Source of the DNA: Dehalococcoidia bacterium
GTDB taxonomy: Bacteria; Chloroflexota; Dehalococcoidia; UBA2979
Assembly: GCA_965262725.1 (NCBI GenBank)
Contig: OZ253555.1
Coordinates: 3,104,001 to 3,168,000 of the forward strand
DNA length: 64,000 bases
Direction: 5' to 3'
The stretch's first letter is position 1; each line of letters opens with the position of its first letter. A program made the position numbers and the translations under genes. This document shows, in pieces, positions 1 to 10,159 of this stretch. The notes under the pieces were generated by a model that did no database searches, was not told the origin of the DNA, and saw only the letters and a program-made list of their open reading frames with translations.

Positions 1-176
1 CGTGGTCTCGGTGGGTGGCGAGCCGCGCCGCTCTTCCGCCGCTAGGTCCTCCCACGCCAGATTCGGTCGCCCGGCGGGTGCTGCGGAGGGAACGCTGTCG
101 GTTCCGGGCTGAACGGGGACACCGGGCAGCCGCACCGCTGGAAGCCAAGCGTCGTGCCCGGGTCGGGGAGGCGCTT

Positions 177-1058
177 CTAGAGCAGACCGCCCTCGCGGAG
201 CACACGCTCCATCGTCGCGCCGATCTCTGCCGGGGACTCCACGACCACGGCGCCAGCGGCGCGCAGTGCCTCCTGCTTCGCGGCGGCCGTCCCGGCGCGG
301 CCGGCGATAATGGCGCCAGCATGGCCCATCCGGCGGCCCGGCGGCGCTGTCGCACCCGCGATGAAGGCGACGACCGGCTTCGACATCCCGCGCACGTAGT
401 CGGCCGCCTCCTGCTCGGCGGTGCCGCCGATCTCGCCGATCAGCACCAGCGCGGCCGTCTCGGCGTCCGCCTCGAAGAGTTCGAGCGCCTCGCGCTGGGT
501 CGTGCCGATGATCGGGTCGCCGCCGACGCCGACCGAGGTCGACTGGCCGATGCCGAGGCGGGTGAGCTGGTCGACCGTCTCGTACACGAGCGTGCCGGAG
601 CGCGAGATCACGCCGACGTTGCCAGGGAGGTAGACGTCGGGCGGCATGATGCCGGCACGCGCCCGCTCGCCGGGCGACATCACGCCGGGGCAGTTCGGCC
701 CGATCAACCGCGTGCCGGATCCGCGCAGGCGGTGCCGCACCCGCACCATGTCGAGGGTCGGGATCCCCTCCGTGATGCAGATCGCAACGGGGACGGAGGC
801 GTCGGCGGCCTCGGCGATGGCGTCGGCCGCGAAGGGCGCCGGCACGAAGATCACCGAGACGTTGGCGCCGAACTCGTCGACGGCCTCGCGCACGGTGTCA
901 CGCACCGGCACGCCGGCGAGCTTCTGGCCGCCACGCCCGGGGGTGACGCCGCAGACCACCTGCGTGCCGAAGGCGCGGCTCACGGTGGCCTCGCGCTGCC
1001 CGGCGGCGCCCATCCCCTGGATCACGACGCGGCTCGCCTCATCGAGCAGTACCGCCAC
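177..1058 (-). CDS. sucD: Succinyl-CoA synthetase alpha subunit
   Basis: Motifs CITEGIP, GPNCPG, SRSGTL, GVGGDP and RRMGHAGA (phospho-His); directly downstream of sucC. Confidence 0.96.
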   Translation of the reverse strand: MAVLLDEASRVVIQGMGAAGQREATVSRAFGTQVVCGVTPGRGGQKLAGVPVRDTVREAVDEFGANVSVIFVPAPFAADAIAEAADASVPVAICITEGIPTLDMVRVRHRLRGSGTRLIGPNCPGVMSPGERARAGIMPPDVYLPGNVGVISRSGTLVYETVDQLTRLGIGQSTSVGVGGDPIIGTTQREALELFEADAETAALVLIGEIGGTAEQEAADYVRGMSKPVVAFIAGATAPPGRRMGHAGAIIAGRAGTAAAKQEALRAAGAVVVESPAEIGATMERVLREGGLL

Positions 1059-1097
1059 GCGTGCCTCCTCCTCGGAGCCGGTCCCGGCCGGCTGCGG

Positions 1098-2279
1098 CTA
1101 CTCGGCGCTGCGCGCGGCCGCCGCGACCGCCGCGACCGCCAGACGCGCTCCCTCAGCGAAGCCCTCGGCGCGGATCACGTCCACGCCCGCCTCATCGAGA
1201 ATGCGCCGGCCGTCGGAAACGTTCGTGCCGGCGAGCCTGACGACCGTGGGCTGCGGGATGAGTCCCATCTGCTTTGCGCGCACGACGCCCTCGGCGATTA
1301 CGTCGGTGCGCGCCAGACCGCCGAAGATGTTGACGAGCACGGCGCGGACGTCCGCATCGGAGCCGATGAGGCGGAGCGCGGCGATGACGGCGTCGGCGCT
1401 ATTCGCCGTCCCGATGTCGAGGAAGTTTGCGGGCTCGCCCCCCGCGTACTGAATGGCGTCCATGGTCGCCATCGCGAGGCCGGCGCCGTTCACGAGGCAT
1501 CCGATAGAGCCGTCGAGCTTCACGTAGTTCTGAATCCCGGCGTCCTGCGCCTCGACCTCCAGCCGATCCTCCTGGGCACGGTCGCGCTCCTCGAACAGCG
1601 CCTGCTGACGGAAGTCGGCGCTATCGTCGACGGAGAGCTTCGCGTCGGCGGCGAGCAGTCGCCCGTCTCCCGTCACGACCAGCGGATTGATCTCAACGAG
1701 GGAGCAGTCGGCCTCGAGAAAGGTCCGTGCGAGGGCCTCCAAGAGGGCGACCGCCGGTCGCAGCAGATCGCCACCGAGACCGAGCGCGAAGGCGAGCTGG
1801 CGCGCCTGGTACGGCATGAAGCCGAGCGTCGCGTCGATCGGAGCGCGGTGGATCTGTTCGGGATGCTCCTCAGCGATCTGCTCAATCTCCATGCCGCCGG
1901 CCGCCGAGCCGATCACAACGGGTGCGCCGGCCGCGTTGTCGATCACGACGCCGACGTAGATCTCACGCGCGATCTCGATCTGCTCCTCGACGAGCACGGA
2001 ATCGACGGGAAGCCCCGCGGGGCCGGTCTGCTCGGTGACGAGCCGCATTCCGAGCATGGCGGCCGCGGCCTCGGATGCCGCGGCCCCGGTGGCGGCGAGC
2101 TTGACGCCTCCGCCGCGGCCGCGGCCGCCGGTGTGCGCCTGTGCCTTCACCACGACGGGCCCGCCGAGTTCTCTGGCCGCCGATTCGGCCTCCTCGGGCG
2201 TCCGGACCACCCGCCCGACCGGTACGGGTACACCCCGCGCCGCGAGGACAGCCTTCGCCTGGTATTCGTGGAGCTTCAT
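1098..2279 (-). CDS. sucC: Succinyl-CoA synthetase beta subunit
   Basis: MKLHEYQAK, VVKAQ..GGRG, EINPL, NGAGLAMATMD, ANFLD, VNIFGG. Confidence 0.96.
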   Translation of the reverse strand: MKLHEYQAKAVLAARGVPVPVGRVVRTPEEAESAARELGGPVVVKAQAHTGGRGRGGGVKLAATGAAASEAAAAMLGMRLVTEQTGPAGLPVDSVLVEEQIEIAREIYVGVVIDNAAGAPVVIGSAAGGMEIEQIAEEHPEQIHRAPIDATLGFMPYQARQLAFALGLGGDLLRPAVALLEALARTFLEADCSLVEINPLVVTGDGRLLAADAKLSVDDSADFRQQALFEERDRAQEDRLEVEAQDAGIQNYVKLDGSIGCLVNGAGLAMATMDAIQYAGGEPANFLDIGTANSADAVIAALRLIGSDADVRAVLVNIFGGLARTDVIAEGVVRAKQMGLIPQPTVVRLAGTNVSDGRRILDEAGVDVIRAEGFAEGARLAVAAVAAAARSAE

Positions 2280-2440
2280 CGACCGCCGCTCACCCCCGCC
2301 AGCCCCCGCGACTCGCGCCGGGCATCGTAGCCGCCGCCCCCCGCAAGGCCAAGGCGACGGAACGCCGGTGAACGGGGCCAGCCCCCGGGCCGACCGTATA
2401 CTCGCCGCCGGGACGCGCAGCGCGGAGGAGGGGGTCGACG

Positions 2441-3535
2441 ATGGCGGCGAGCTACCGGGTGGGTGTGATCGGGACGTCGTGGGCGGCCAAGAGCCCGCTC
2501 CCCACCTTCCAGAGCTACCCCGGCATCGAGATCGCGGCGATCTGCAGCGGGCGGCTGGAGCGGGCCCGGGAGGCCTGCGAGCGCTTCGGCGCGCCGGTCG
2601 CCCTCGACGACTATCGCGAGCTGGTCGCGATGCCCGAGGTCGACATCGTCTACGTGGGGAGCCCTGTCGCTCTCCACGACCCGATGGCGATCGCCGCCGC
2701 CAAGGCGGGGAAGCACCTCCTGCTCGAGAAGCCGCTCTCGCTCGACGCCGTCCGCGGGCAGGCGATGCTCGATGCCGCCGAGCGCTCGGGCGTCTCGCAC
2801 ATTGTCGCGTTCACGATGCGCCATTTTGCGACGCACGTCCTCGTGCGCAGGCTCATCGACGAGGGGGTGATCGGGGAGCCGCGTCACCTCGCCATCGCCC
2901 ACTTCGGGGGCAGCGCGGTCGGCGCACCGCCCCGCGGCTGGAGCTGGTGGTCGGACCGGGAACAGGGCGGGGGTCTGCTCGGCGCGATGGGGAGCCACTA
3001 CGTCGACCTGGCGCGCTACTGGCTCGGCGACTTCGCGGAGGTATCGGGGAGCCTCCGCACATGGCAGCGCACGACCCCCGACGGCGAGGGGCGATGGCGC
3101 GAGGTCACCTCCGACGATGGCTTCGCGCTCGTCGGCACGACGCGCTCAGGCGCCGCGGTGACGATCCACATGAGCCTCGCGGTGCGACCGGGTCCGCCGC
3201 GGCGGGTGGAGCTCTACGGCGAGCAGGGCTCGGTCGCTATCGAGGGGGACGAGCTCGCGCCCGGCGGCGCGCGGGTCCTTCTCACGCGACCCGGCGAGAG
3301 CGCCCCCTCGGAGGTCGAGGTCCCGCCGCTTGCGCTCGGCGGCGCGGCGCGCGGGAGCGCCGTGCCGCGCTTCGGGCTTATGATCGAGAAGCTGGTCCGG
3401 GCGATCGAGGACGGCGAGCGCCCCTCCCCCGACATCGAGGAGGCGCTGCGCTGCCAGGAGGTTCTCGACGCCGTGCGCCGCTCCTCAGAGGAGGGCAGGA
3501 GCGTCCGCCTGCCGGCCGCCACGGACGCGGCGTAG
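2441..3535 (+). CDS. Gfo/Idh/MocA family oxidoreductase
   Basis: N-terminal Rossmann-like VGVIG, AGKHLLLEKP and GGGLLGAMGSHYVD motifs. Confidence 0.9.
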   Translation: MAASYRVGVIGTSWAAKSPLPTFQSYPGIEIAAICSGRLERAREACERFGAPVALDDYRELVAMPEVDIVYVGSPVALHDPMAIAAAKAGKHLLLEKPLSLDAVRGQAMLDAAERSGVSHIVAFTMRHFATHVLVRRLIDEGVIGEPRHLAIAHFGGSAVGAPPRGWSWWSDREQGGGLLGAMGSHYVDLARYWLGDFAEVSGSLRTWQRTTPDGEGRWREVTSDDGFALVGTTRSGAAVTIHMSLAVRPGPPRRVELYGEQGSVAIEGDELAPGGARVLLTRPGESAPSEVEVPPLALGGAARGSAVPRFGLMIEKLVRAIEDGERPSPDIEEALRCQEVLDAVRRSSEEGRSVRLPAATDAA

Positions 3536-3583
3536 CGGGACTCCGTTCCCGGTCGGAGGTCCCCCCGGTGCGCGTGCGGCGCC

Positions 3584-4783
3584 TCAGCCCAGGGTGCCGG
3601 CCGCCGCGAGGTCAGCGATCTCCTCCGACTCGAGGCCGAAGTCACGGAGGACCTCGTGCGAGTGCTCCCCGGGCTCAGGAGCGCGGGAGCGGACGCGCAC
3701 GTCGGCGCCGTCGATGGAGAAGGGGGCGGCTATCGTCTCGAAGCCCTCCATGGCCGGGTGCTCGACGGCGGTGAAGGCGCGCTGGTGGCGGAGTTGTGGG
3801 CTCTGGACGACCTCGGGAAGCTCGGCCACGGGCGCCCACGTGAGGTCGAACTCGTCGAGGCGCGCGCCCCAGTGGGCGAGGTCGTGCTCGAGGAAGCGCC
3901 GCTCGATCTCGGGCGCGAGTTCCTCTGCGCCCCCAAGCAGCGAGTCGAAGTCAGGGTAGCGCTCGGCCCAGTCGGGGCGCTCCAGCATCAGGCAGAAGCG
4001 CCCCCAGTAGCGGTCGGTCTGCGCCATCGCGAGCATCACCCAGCGGCCGTCAAAGGTGGGGTAGCTGTTGAAGATCGGGTTCGAGGGGCGCACGCGATCG
4101 TGCCGCGGCGGCTGCTCGCCGGTGACGAGCGCGCGCTGCACGTCCCCGGCGATGGTCCACATCCCGGTTCGCTGGAGCGCCACCTCGCAGCGCTGTGCCT
4201 TCCCGGTTGCGTCGCGCACCCTGAGCGCCGCCAGAGCGGCGGCGAGCAGGTTCAAGGCGGAGGTGTGATCCCCCTGCGAGCGGCGGCACAGCGGCGGCGG
4301 CGAGGGGGGCTCTCCGATCACGGACTGGATACCGGAGTGCGCCCAGAACGAGGTGAAGTCGAAGCCGCGGCGACCCGAATCGGGCCCGCTCGTCCCGTAG
4401 CCGGAGAAGACGGCGTAGACGACGCGCGGGTTGACCCCGCGAAGCGCCTCGAAGGTGAGTTCGAAGCGCTCCGCTCGAGGCTGCGTGAGGTTGGTGACGA
4501 AGATGTCGACGTCGCGGGCGAGGCGCCGCACCAGCGCGGCGCCGCCCGGGCGCTGCATGTCGATCACGATCGAGCGCTTGCCGCGGTTGTCGAGCTCGAA
4601 GGTGAGGTTGCCGGGGAAGCTCTCGACGGGGGGATGCTCGATGATGCCGCGGAGCGCGTCACCCCCGGGCGGCTCCACCTTGACAACGTCGGCGCCCATA
4701 TCCGCCATGAGCGCGGCGCAGCTGGGCGCAGCTACCCAGTTCGCCACCTCCAGCACGCGTATCCCCTCAAGCGGCGCGACCAT
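3584..4783 (-). CDS. Class III (CaiB/BaiF) CoA-transferase
   Basis: PLEGIRVLE, DMGADVVKVEPPGGD, NRGKRS, GYG..GP, APEPGEH; start moved to ATG 4783 after a GGGGGGAG RBS. Confidence 0.92.
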   Translation of the reverse strand: MVAPLEGIRVLEVANWVAAPSCAALMADMGADVVKVEPPGGDALRGIIEHPPVESFPGNLTFELDNRGKRSIVIDMQRPGGAALVRRLARDVDIFVTNLTQPRAERFELTFEALRGVNPRVVYAVFSGYGTSGPDSGRRGFDFTSFWAHSGIQSVIGEPPSPPPLCRRSQGDHTSALNLLAAALAALRVRDATGKAQRCEVALQRTGMWTIAGDVQRALVTGEQPPRHDRVRPSNPIFNSYPTFDGRWVMLAMAQTDRYWGRFCLMLERPDWAERYPDFDSLLGGAEELAPEIERRFLEHDLAHWGARLDEFDLTWAPVAELPEVVQSPQLRHQRAFTAVEHPAMEGFETIAAPFSIDGADVRVRSRAPEPGEHSHEVLRDFGLESEEIADLAAAGTLG

Positions 4784-4969
4784 CTCGAACTCCCCCCTGC
4801 CGCGGCGTGCCGCAGGTGCGGCCGTCGCCGGGGGGTGGTAGCACGCGGGCGGCGGCGGGACAACGGAGGAGCGGGGCCGGCGGCTCGAACCGGGACCGGA
4901 GCGCCGGAAACGGTGGCCCGCTATCCTCGCGCGGGCGGGGAGCGGGAGGGGAGCGGGAGGGGAGCAACG

Positions 4970-5845
4970 ATGGACTTCGAGTACCGGAAGACGGCGCGAT
5001 TCCGCGTGGGGGCGCTCGAGATCGTGCAGCTCTCCGACGGCTCGTTCGGGCGCGACGCACGCAACTTCTTCGACGGCGTCGACCCCGGAGAGTGGACGCA
5101 CGCCTGCGGCATCGCCTCACCCGAGGAGCCGGTGCCGTGGGCCTACAGCGGCTACCTGGTGCGGGGTGACGGGCACACGACGCTCATCGACACCGCGCTC
5201 GGAGAGCGCCCCTGCGAGCCCGGCATCCTCTCCTGCGCCGAGTTCCCGGAGCGCCTCGCGGAGTGCGGCGTGGAGCCGCAAGAGGTCGACGTGCTGCTGC
5301 ACTCGCACCTGCACTGGGATCACGTCGGCTGGGACGTGACGCGAGACGGCACCGTCGCCTACCCGAACGCCGAGGTCCACCTCTCTGGTGCCGAGCTCGA
5401 CTTCTGGATGACGCCGCACCGCGACGCGCCCGAGCGCCACGTGCTCTTCGCCAGTGAGCACTTTCGCCCGCTGCTCGACGCAGGGCAGGTCCGCACCTTC
5501 GATGGAGACGCCCAGGTCACGCCGTCGATCACGATGATCGCGACCCCCGGCCACACGCCCGGTCACACGGTCCAGCTCGTCAGCTCGGAGGGCGAGGCGC
5601 TCATCCTCGTCGGGGACGCGATGCACCACTGGACGCACGTCGAGCACCACGACTGGCTCTCGATCCACGAGTGGGACCCGGAACAGTCGCGCGAGGCGCG
5701 ACGGCGCATCTGTGAGCTCGCGATCGAGACGGATGCGCTTGTGACGGGGCCGCACTTCCCGCTCCTCACAGTCGGCAAGGTCCGGCGCGACGGCTCGGAC
5801 TACCGCTACGAGAAGATCCACCCGCCCTCGGCGAGCCTGCGTTAG
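4970..5845 (+). CDS. MBL-fold metallo-hydrolase
   Basis: SHLHWDHVG, TPGHTPGH, GD and terminal HF motifs; ATG 4970 after GGAG. Confidence 0.9.
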   Translation: MDFEYRKTARFRVGALEIVQLSDGSFGRDARNFFDGVDPGEWTHACGIASPEEPVPWAYSGYLVRGDGHTTLIDTALGERPCEPGILSCAEFPERLAECGVEPQEVDVLLHSHLHWDHVGWDVTRDGTVAYPNAEVHLSGAELDFWMTPHRDAPERHVLFASEHFRPLLDAGQVRTFDGDAQVTPSITMIATPGHTPGHTVQLVSSEGEALILVGDAMHHWTHVEHHDWLSIHEWDPEQSREARRRICELAIETDALVTGPHFPLLTVGKVRRDGSDYRYEKIHPPSASLR

Positions 5846-5895
5846 CAGGAGCCCCCGGAGACCCAGGGAACCGCTCGGGGGCCGGCGACGTTTAG

Positions 5896-7103
5896 GGCAA
5901 GTCTGATCAGGTGGGTCTAGCGACCCAGTTTCGCCGCGGTCAGGCGCTCTCAGGCGGATTCCCGATGACAGTGGTCATATCCGCCCCCTCGCGGGCCCCT
6001 GTGGCTCCCCTCCTCGCCCCGTGTGGGGCGGGGAGGGCGCACTCCACCCACGGTCAGGCACGGTGCGGCTTCGCGGTGAGCAGGTTGTGGAACCCCAGCA
6101 AGACCGCACACCGCTCGTGGTTCTTGAAGAGACCCCGGTACCGCACCTTGGCGTAGCCGAAGCGCCGCTTCACGCTGTAGAACGGGTGCTCCACCAGCGC
6201 TCGCACCGATGCCTTCCGCTTCTCCTCGACGGCCTCAGGACTCTCCGGGTCGAGCGCACGCCGGAGGCCCGGGCGCATCGCCACGTTCCAGTCCTTGACC
6301 CTGGAGTCCGCGTTCTCGGGTCTCTTCTGCACGCCCCGGTACCCGGCGTCGCCGTAGACCTCGGCTTCCTCGCCGTGCAGCAGGCGGTGCGTCTCAGACA
6401 CGTCCGACACGTTCGCAGGCGTGGTCGTGAAGTTGTGGACCAGTCCAGTATCCCTGTCGGCGCCGATGTGCAGCTTCATCCCGAAGAACCACTGTTTCCC
6501 CTTCTTGGTCTGATGCATCTCCGGGTCCCGCGCCCGCCCGCGATTCTTCGTCGACGATGGCGCCGAGATGATGGTCGCATCCACGATGCTGCCCTCGCTC
6601 AGCTTCAATCCCTTGCTCGTGAGGTGCTCGTTGATGAGTTGGAGGATCCTGCTACCCAGGGAGTGGCGCTCGAGCAGGTGCCGGAAGTTGAGGATCGTCG
6701 TCTCGTCGGGGATGGGCTCGGAGAGCGTGAGGAAGCAAAAGGCTCGCACCGACTCGGCCTCGTGGAGCAGATCCTCCATGCCGGGGTCGCTGAGGTTGTA
6801 GCAGAGTTGCACGGTATGGATGCGCAGCATCACGGAGAGCGGGTAGGGCCTCCGCCCGCGGCCCGGTTTCGGGTAGTGGGGCTCGATGGCTGCTTCGAAC
6901 CTCTGCCACGGGACGAGGCCATCCAGCCGTTCGAGGAACTTCTGGCGGCGCGTCTTGTAGCCATCCCGCTCGAACTCGACTCTCGCGAATGTCGGCTGAT
7001 GCATGGCAGCGCTCCCCTTTCCCGGAGGAGTGCCATGATCGCATATAGTCATCGGAGTGTGCATGTGCTCCAGTAACGACGCGGCGACCTGTTCAGAGAA
7101 CCC
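5896..7103 (-). mobile_element. IS5-family insertion sequence (1208 bp)
   Basis: Imperfect 17-bp IRs ggcaagtctgatcaggt / gggttctctgaacaggt (rc); 4-bp TSD TTAG at 5892-5895 and 7104-7107 (YTAR target typical of the IS5 subgroup). Confidence 0.9.
6054..7004 (-). CDS. IS5-family transposase
   Basis: IPDETTILNFRHLLE, VDATII, GMKLHIG, YGDAGY, RALVEHPF, VRYRGL; appears intact. Confidence 0.93.
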   Translation of the reverse strand: MHQPTFARVEFERDGYKTRRQKFLERLDGLVPWQRFEAAIEPHYPKPGRGRRPYPLSVMLRIHTVQLCYNLSDPGMEDLLHEAESVRAFCFLTLSEPIPDETTILNFRHLLERHSLGSRILQLINEHLTSKGLKLSEGSIVDATIISAPSSTKNRGRARDPEMHQTKKGKQWFFGMKLHIGADRDTGLVHNFTTTPANVSDVSETHRLLHGEEAEVYGDAGYRGVQKRPENADSRVKDWNVAMRPGLRRALDPESPEAVEEKRKASVRALVEHPFYSVKRRFGYAKVRYRGLFKNHERCAVLLGFHNLLTAKPHRA

Positions 7104-7146
7104 TTAGTCAGTGAGGACACGAACGCCGCGGCAGGAGGAGGCCCTG

Positions 7147-8529
7147 TTGGCGAGATGGATGTGGCTGGCCGTCGTCCCGCTGCTGCTGGCGATCGTGCTT
7201 GCGGCCTGCAGCGACGACTCGGATGCCGAGGAGAGCGACGCTACGACCCGCGCCTCCCCGTCGGAGCGCGCGCTGCAGGTGGCGGCCCCGGCCGCCGCCG
7301 GCGCCGCCACCTTCGCGGTGGGCGAGTCGGCTGGCGACGCTGACGGGAGCGCCTCCAGCGCCGCGGTCGGCGGTGCGGACGGTGCTCCCGCCCCGGTCGC
7401 CTTCCAGCAGATCGACTCGGGACGCTCGATCGTCTACGTGGGCTCGATGCTCGTCGAGGTGGAGAACGTCCGCCAAGCGACGCAGCAGGCGCAGGTGGCG
7501 ATCGCCGGGCTCGGGGGTCTCGTCTTCGGCCAGGAGACCATCAGCGAGCCGGTCGTGCGCACCGATCTCACCTTCAAGGTGCTGCCGGAGGACTTCCCGG
7601 AGGCGATGCGGCGCCTCGAGGCCCTCGGCGAGCTGAAGAGCCAGCGGATTTCGGCCGACGACGTCACCGAGCGCGTCGTCGATCTGGAGAGCCGCATCAT
7701 CACGGCCCGGGCCTCGGTGGAGCGGCTCCGGAACTTCCTCCAGAACGCGACCGACCTCGAGGCCGTCGCGGTACTCGAGCCCCAGCTCCTGAGCCGCGAG
7801 ACCGACCTCGAGCGGCTGCGCGGACAGCTGCGCACACTCCAGGATCAGGTGGCGCTGGCGACGATCTTCCTCACGCTGGTGGAGCCGGCGCCCGAGGAGC
7901 CCGAGGCGCGCGTCGAGTTCGTCGAGACGGCCTACTCGGGGGACGACGACGGCCTGCGCTGCCCCGCCGACGACGACCTGGCCGTCGACGAGAGCGAGTC
8001 GGTCACGATCTGCGTCGCCGTGGAGAACACCGGAAACGTCGCGCTGGTCGAGATCGAGATTCGCGACTTCGGCCTGGGCCTCGACGACCGCGACTTCGTC
8101 GCGCTCGAGGGCTCGGTCGCCGGCCCGCTTCAGCCCGGCGAGCGCCTGCTCGGCTACTTCCAGACCGAGGCCCAGACGGAGCGCTGGCCGGAGCCGGGAT
8201 TCTCTGCCGTGCCGGTGAGCGAGGACGGCGAGCCGCTGCGCATCCCGATCCGCACCGACTACGACGTGTTCGACTACCGCGTCGCCCCCGACGACTCACT
8301 CCCGACCTTCGTCGACGGGCTCCGGGCGAGCTGGGGCGCCGTCGTGACCCTCAGTCGGATCGGGGTGCTGGCGGCGGGCGTCGCGATCCCGTTCTTCTGG
8401 CTGCCGCTGGTTGCCCTTGGGCTGCTCTGGCTTGGTCGTCGGCTACGTCCCCTGGTGAGGCCGGACGCAGCGCCCGGTGCCGCGGACCCCGCCGCGGAGG
8501 GCGACGGCGCCGAGGCGTCCAATCGCTGA
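7147..8529 (+). CDS. DUF4349-like lipoprotein with C-terminal membrane helix
   Basis: Lipobox LAAC; DVTERVVDLESRI...LERLRGQ coiled segment; C-terminal hydrophobic helix; TTG start after AGGAGG. Confidence 0.75.
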   Translation: MARWMWLAVVPLLLAIVLAACSDDSDAEESDATTRASPSERALQVAAPAAAGAATFAVGESAGDADGSASSAAVGGADGAPAPVAFQQIDSGRSIVYVGSMLVEVENVRQATQQAQVAIAGLGGLVFGQETISEPVVRTDLTFKVLPEDFPEAMRRLEALGELKSQRISADDVTERVVDLESRIITARASVERLRNFLQNATDLEAVAVLEPQLLSRETDLERLRGQLRTLQDQVALATIFLTLVEPAPEEPEARVEFVETAYSGDDDGLRCPADDDLAVDESESVTICVAVENTGNVALVEIEIRDFGLGLDDRDFVALEGSVAGPLQPGERLLGYFQTEAQTERWPEPGFSAVPVSEDGEPLRIPIRTDYDVFDYRVAPDDSLPTFVDGLRASWGAVVTLSRIGVLAAGVAIPFFWLPLVALGLLWLGRRLRPLVRPDAAPGAADPAAEGDGAEASNR

Positions 8530-8597
8530 TGAGAATCGTCCCGGCCGGGTCTCCGGGGGGTCTCCGGGGGTTCACGCGGGGGCCGGGCCGGACGGCC

Positions 8598-9338
8598 TCA
8601 GCGCGGCGGTGCCGGCGACCCGCCGTTCGCCCCGGCGGCCGGATCGCCCTTCATCCCCGAGACGGCCTCGGCGATTTCGTGGCGAAGCCGCCCGAATACC
8701 TCGGTGACGCTGCCGCGGGCGTCGACAACGGTGAAGGCGTGCTTCTCCGCGAGCCGGCGAAACTCGCCCAGGAGCTGCGTCTGGTAGGTCACGAAGCTTC
8801 CGTAGACATCGTTACCGCCGATGTAGTCGCGCCCCGACTCCCAGTAGTCGAAGCCGCCGCGCGCGAGGACGCGCGGGAGGAGTTCCGGCACGTCGATGTC
8901 GAGGTAGATGACACGGTCGGGGACCAGCGCGAAACCGTAGAGGTCCTCGATCCAGCCTCGCGGTACGCCGCGCACGACGGCGCGCGCCACCATCGAGAAG
9001 ATGTAGCGGTCGACGAGCGCGACCATCCCGGCGCGGAGCGCTGGGAGTATCTGCCGCTCGAGTTGATCCCAGAGGTCGGTCGCATAGAAGAGGTTGAGCG
9101 TGATCGGGTCGAGCGTGTGCCCGCGCTTCGCGCGCTCGATGCCCGAACCGGCGAGCTGCGAGCGTCTCAGCCCCGTGTCGACGACGGCGTAGCCATCGTC
9201 CTCCAGCCACTCCTTGAGCATCGAGACCTGCGTGCTGCGGCCGACGCCATCGGTCCCCTCGATGACGATCAGGCGCCCCGGGAGCGGCTCGTCCCACTCG
9301 CCCGGGGGCGCGACGCCGTAGAAGTGCGGGGTGCTCAT
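8598..9338 (-). CDS. Thymidylate-kinase-like P-loop protein (copy 2, K-to-R P-loop)
   Basis: LIVIEGTDGVGRST and DRY motif; ATGA overlap with the upstream paralog. Confidence 0.85.
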   Translation of the reverse strand: MSTPHFYGVAPPGEWDEPLPGRLIVIEGTDGVGRSTQVSMLKEWLEDDGYAVVDTGLRRSQLAGSGIERAKRGHTLDPITLNLFYATDLWDQLERQILPALRAGMVALVDRYIFSMVARAVVRGVPRGWIEDLYGFALVPDRVIYLDIDVPELLPRVLARGGFDYWESGRDYIGGNDVYGSFVTYQTQLLGEFRRLAEKHAFTVVDARGSVTEVFGRLRHEIAEAVSGMKGDPAAGANGGSPAPPR

Positions 9339-10159
9339 TCCCGCTCCTCCGACCGGAGCGCAGGTAGCCGCACGTAGCGCCCGGAGAGGCCGGCGGCGCG
9401 GAGCGCCTCCTGCACGTCCCCGCCCTCCACGCGCCGCACGCCCTCGAGGTGCGGCGCCACGAGGGCGCGGATCTGCTGCTGCTGGCGCACGAGCGTGCCG
9501 GTGGCGTCGATGCGCGTGAGCCCGAACTCCTCGGTCAGCCGCCCGTACTCGTCAACGATCCGACCCTGGAAGATGCGGAATGACTCGACGATGTCGTCGG
9601 AGAGCCCGAGATCCATCCCCGCTTCGTAGTACTTGATACTGGCGCGCGCCGAGGCGATGCGCCGCATTGCCTCATCGAGCGGCACGTCGAAATAAAACGC
9701 GAGCGTCGGCGTCACCGCGAAGGAGTAGAGGCGGCGCAGCCACTCCCGCGGCACGCCGCGGGCGTGGTCGCGGGCGAATGCCGTGTAGGCGTAGCGGTCG
9801 GCGAGCACGACCGCGCCCGCCCGCATCGCGGGCAGCACTTGCGAGTAGACGCGATTCGCGAAATCCGCGGCGTGGATGAGCGAGAACGACATCGGGGTGA
9901 GCAGCTGGCGCCGCTTCCCGCGGCGCGTGGTGGAGCGCACGATCGGCGCCGAGTTCCACTCCGTGTAGATCGTCAGATAGCCTCGCCCGACGAGCCACTT
10001 GTAGAGCAGATCGATCTGCGTGCTCTTCCCGGAGCCGTCGATGCCCTCGACGATGATCAGGCGGCCCGGAAGCGTCGCGGCGTCGACCCCCAGGTCGGCG
10101 CGCGCCTGCTCCGAGGCGCGGTTGGCGGCCTCGACCACCTCCCCCCCCACGATGCTCAT
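9335..10159 (-). CDS. Thymidylate-kinase-like P-loop protein (copy 1)
   Basis: LIIVEGIDGSGKST and ADRY motif; ATG 10159 overlaps the ppx stop. Confidence 0.85.
   Translation of the reverse strand: MSIVGGEVVEAANRASEQARADLGVDAATLPGRLIIVEGIDGSGKSTQIDLLYKWLVGRGYLTIYTEWNSAPIVRSTTRRGKRRQLLTPMSFSLIHAADFANRVYSQVLPAMRAGAVVLADRYAYTAFARDHARGVPREWLRRLYSFAVTPTLAFYFDVPLDEAMRRIASARASIKYYEAGMDLGLSDDIVESFRIFQGRIVDEYGRLTEEFGLTRIDATGTLVRQQQQIRALVAPHLEGVRRVEGGDVQEALRAAGLSGRYVRLPALRSEERE

Noticed and set aside
1-170. Possible structured ncRNA downstream of sucD
   Set aside because: GC-rich pairing potential only; no recognisable family motif, and the region is cut by the window edge.
15-2330. Long antisense ORFs (this one, 35912-37531, 41623-44256, 53025-54812 and others)
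   Set aside because: They are shadow ORFs opposite well-supported genes, as expected at this GC content.
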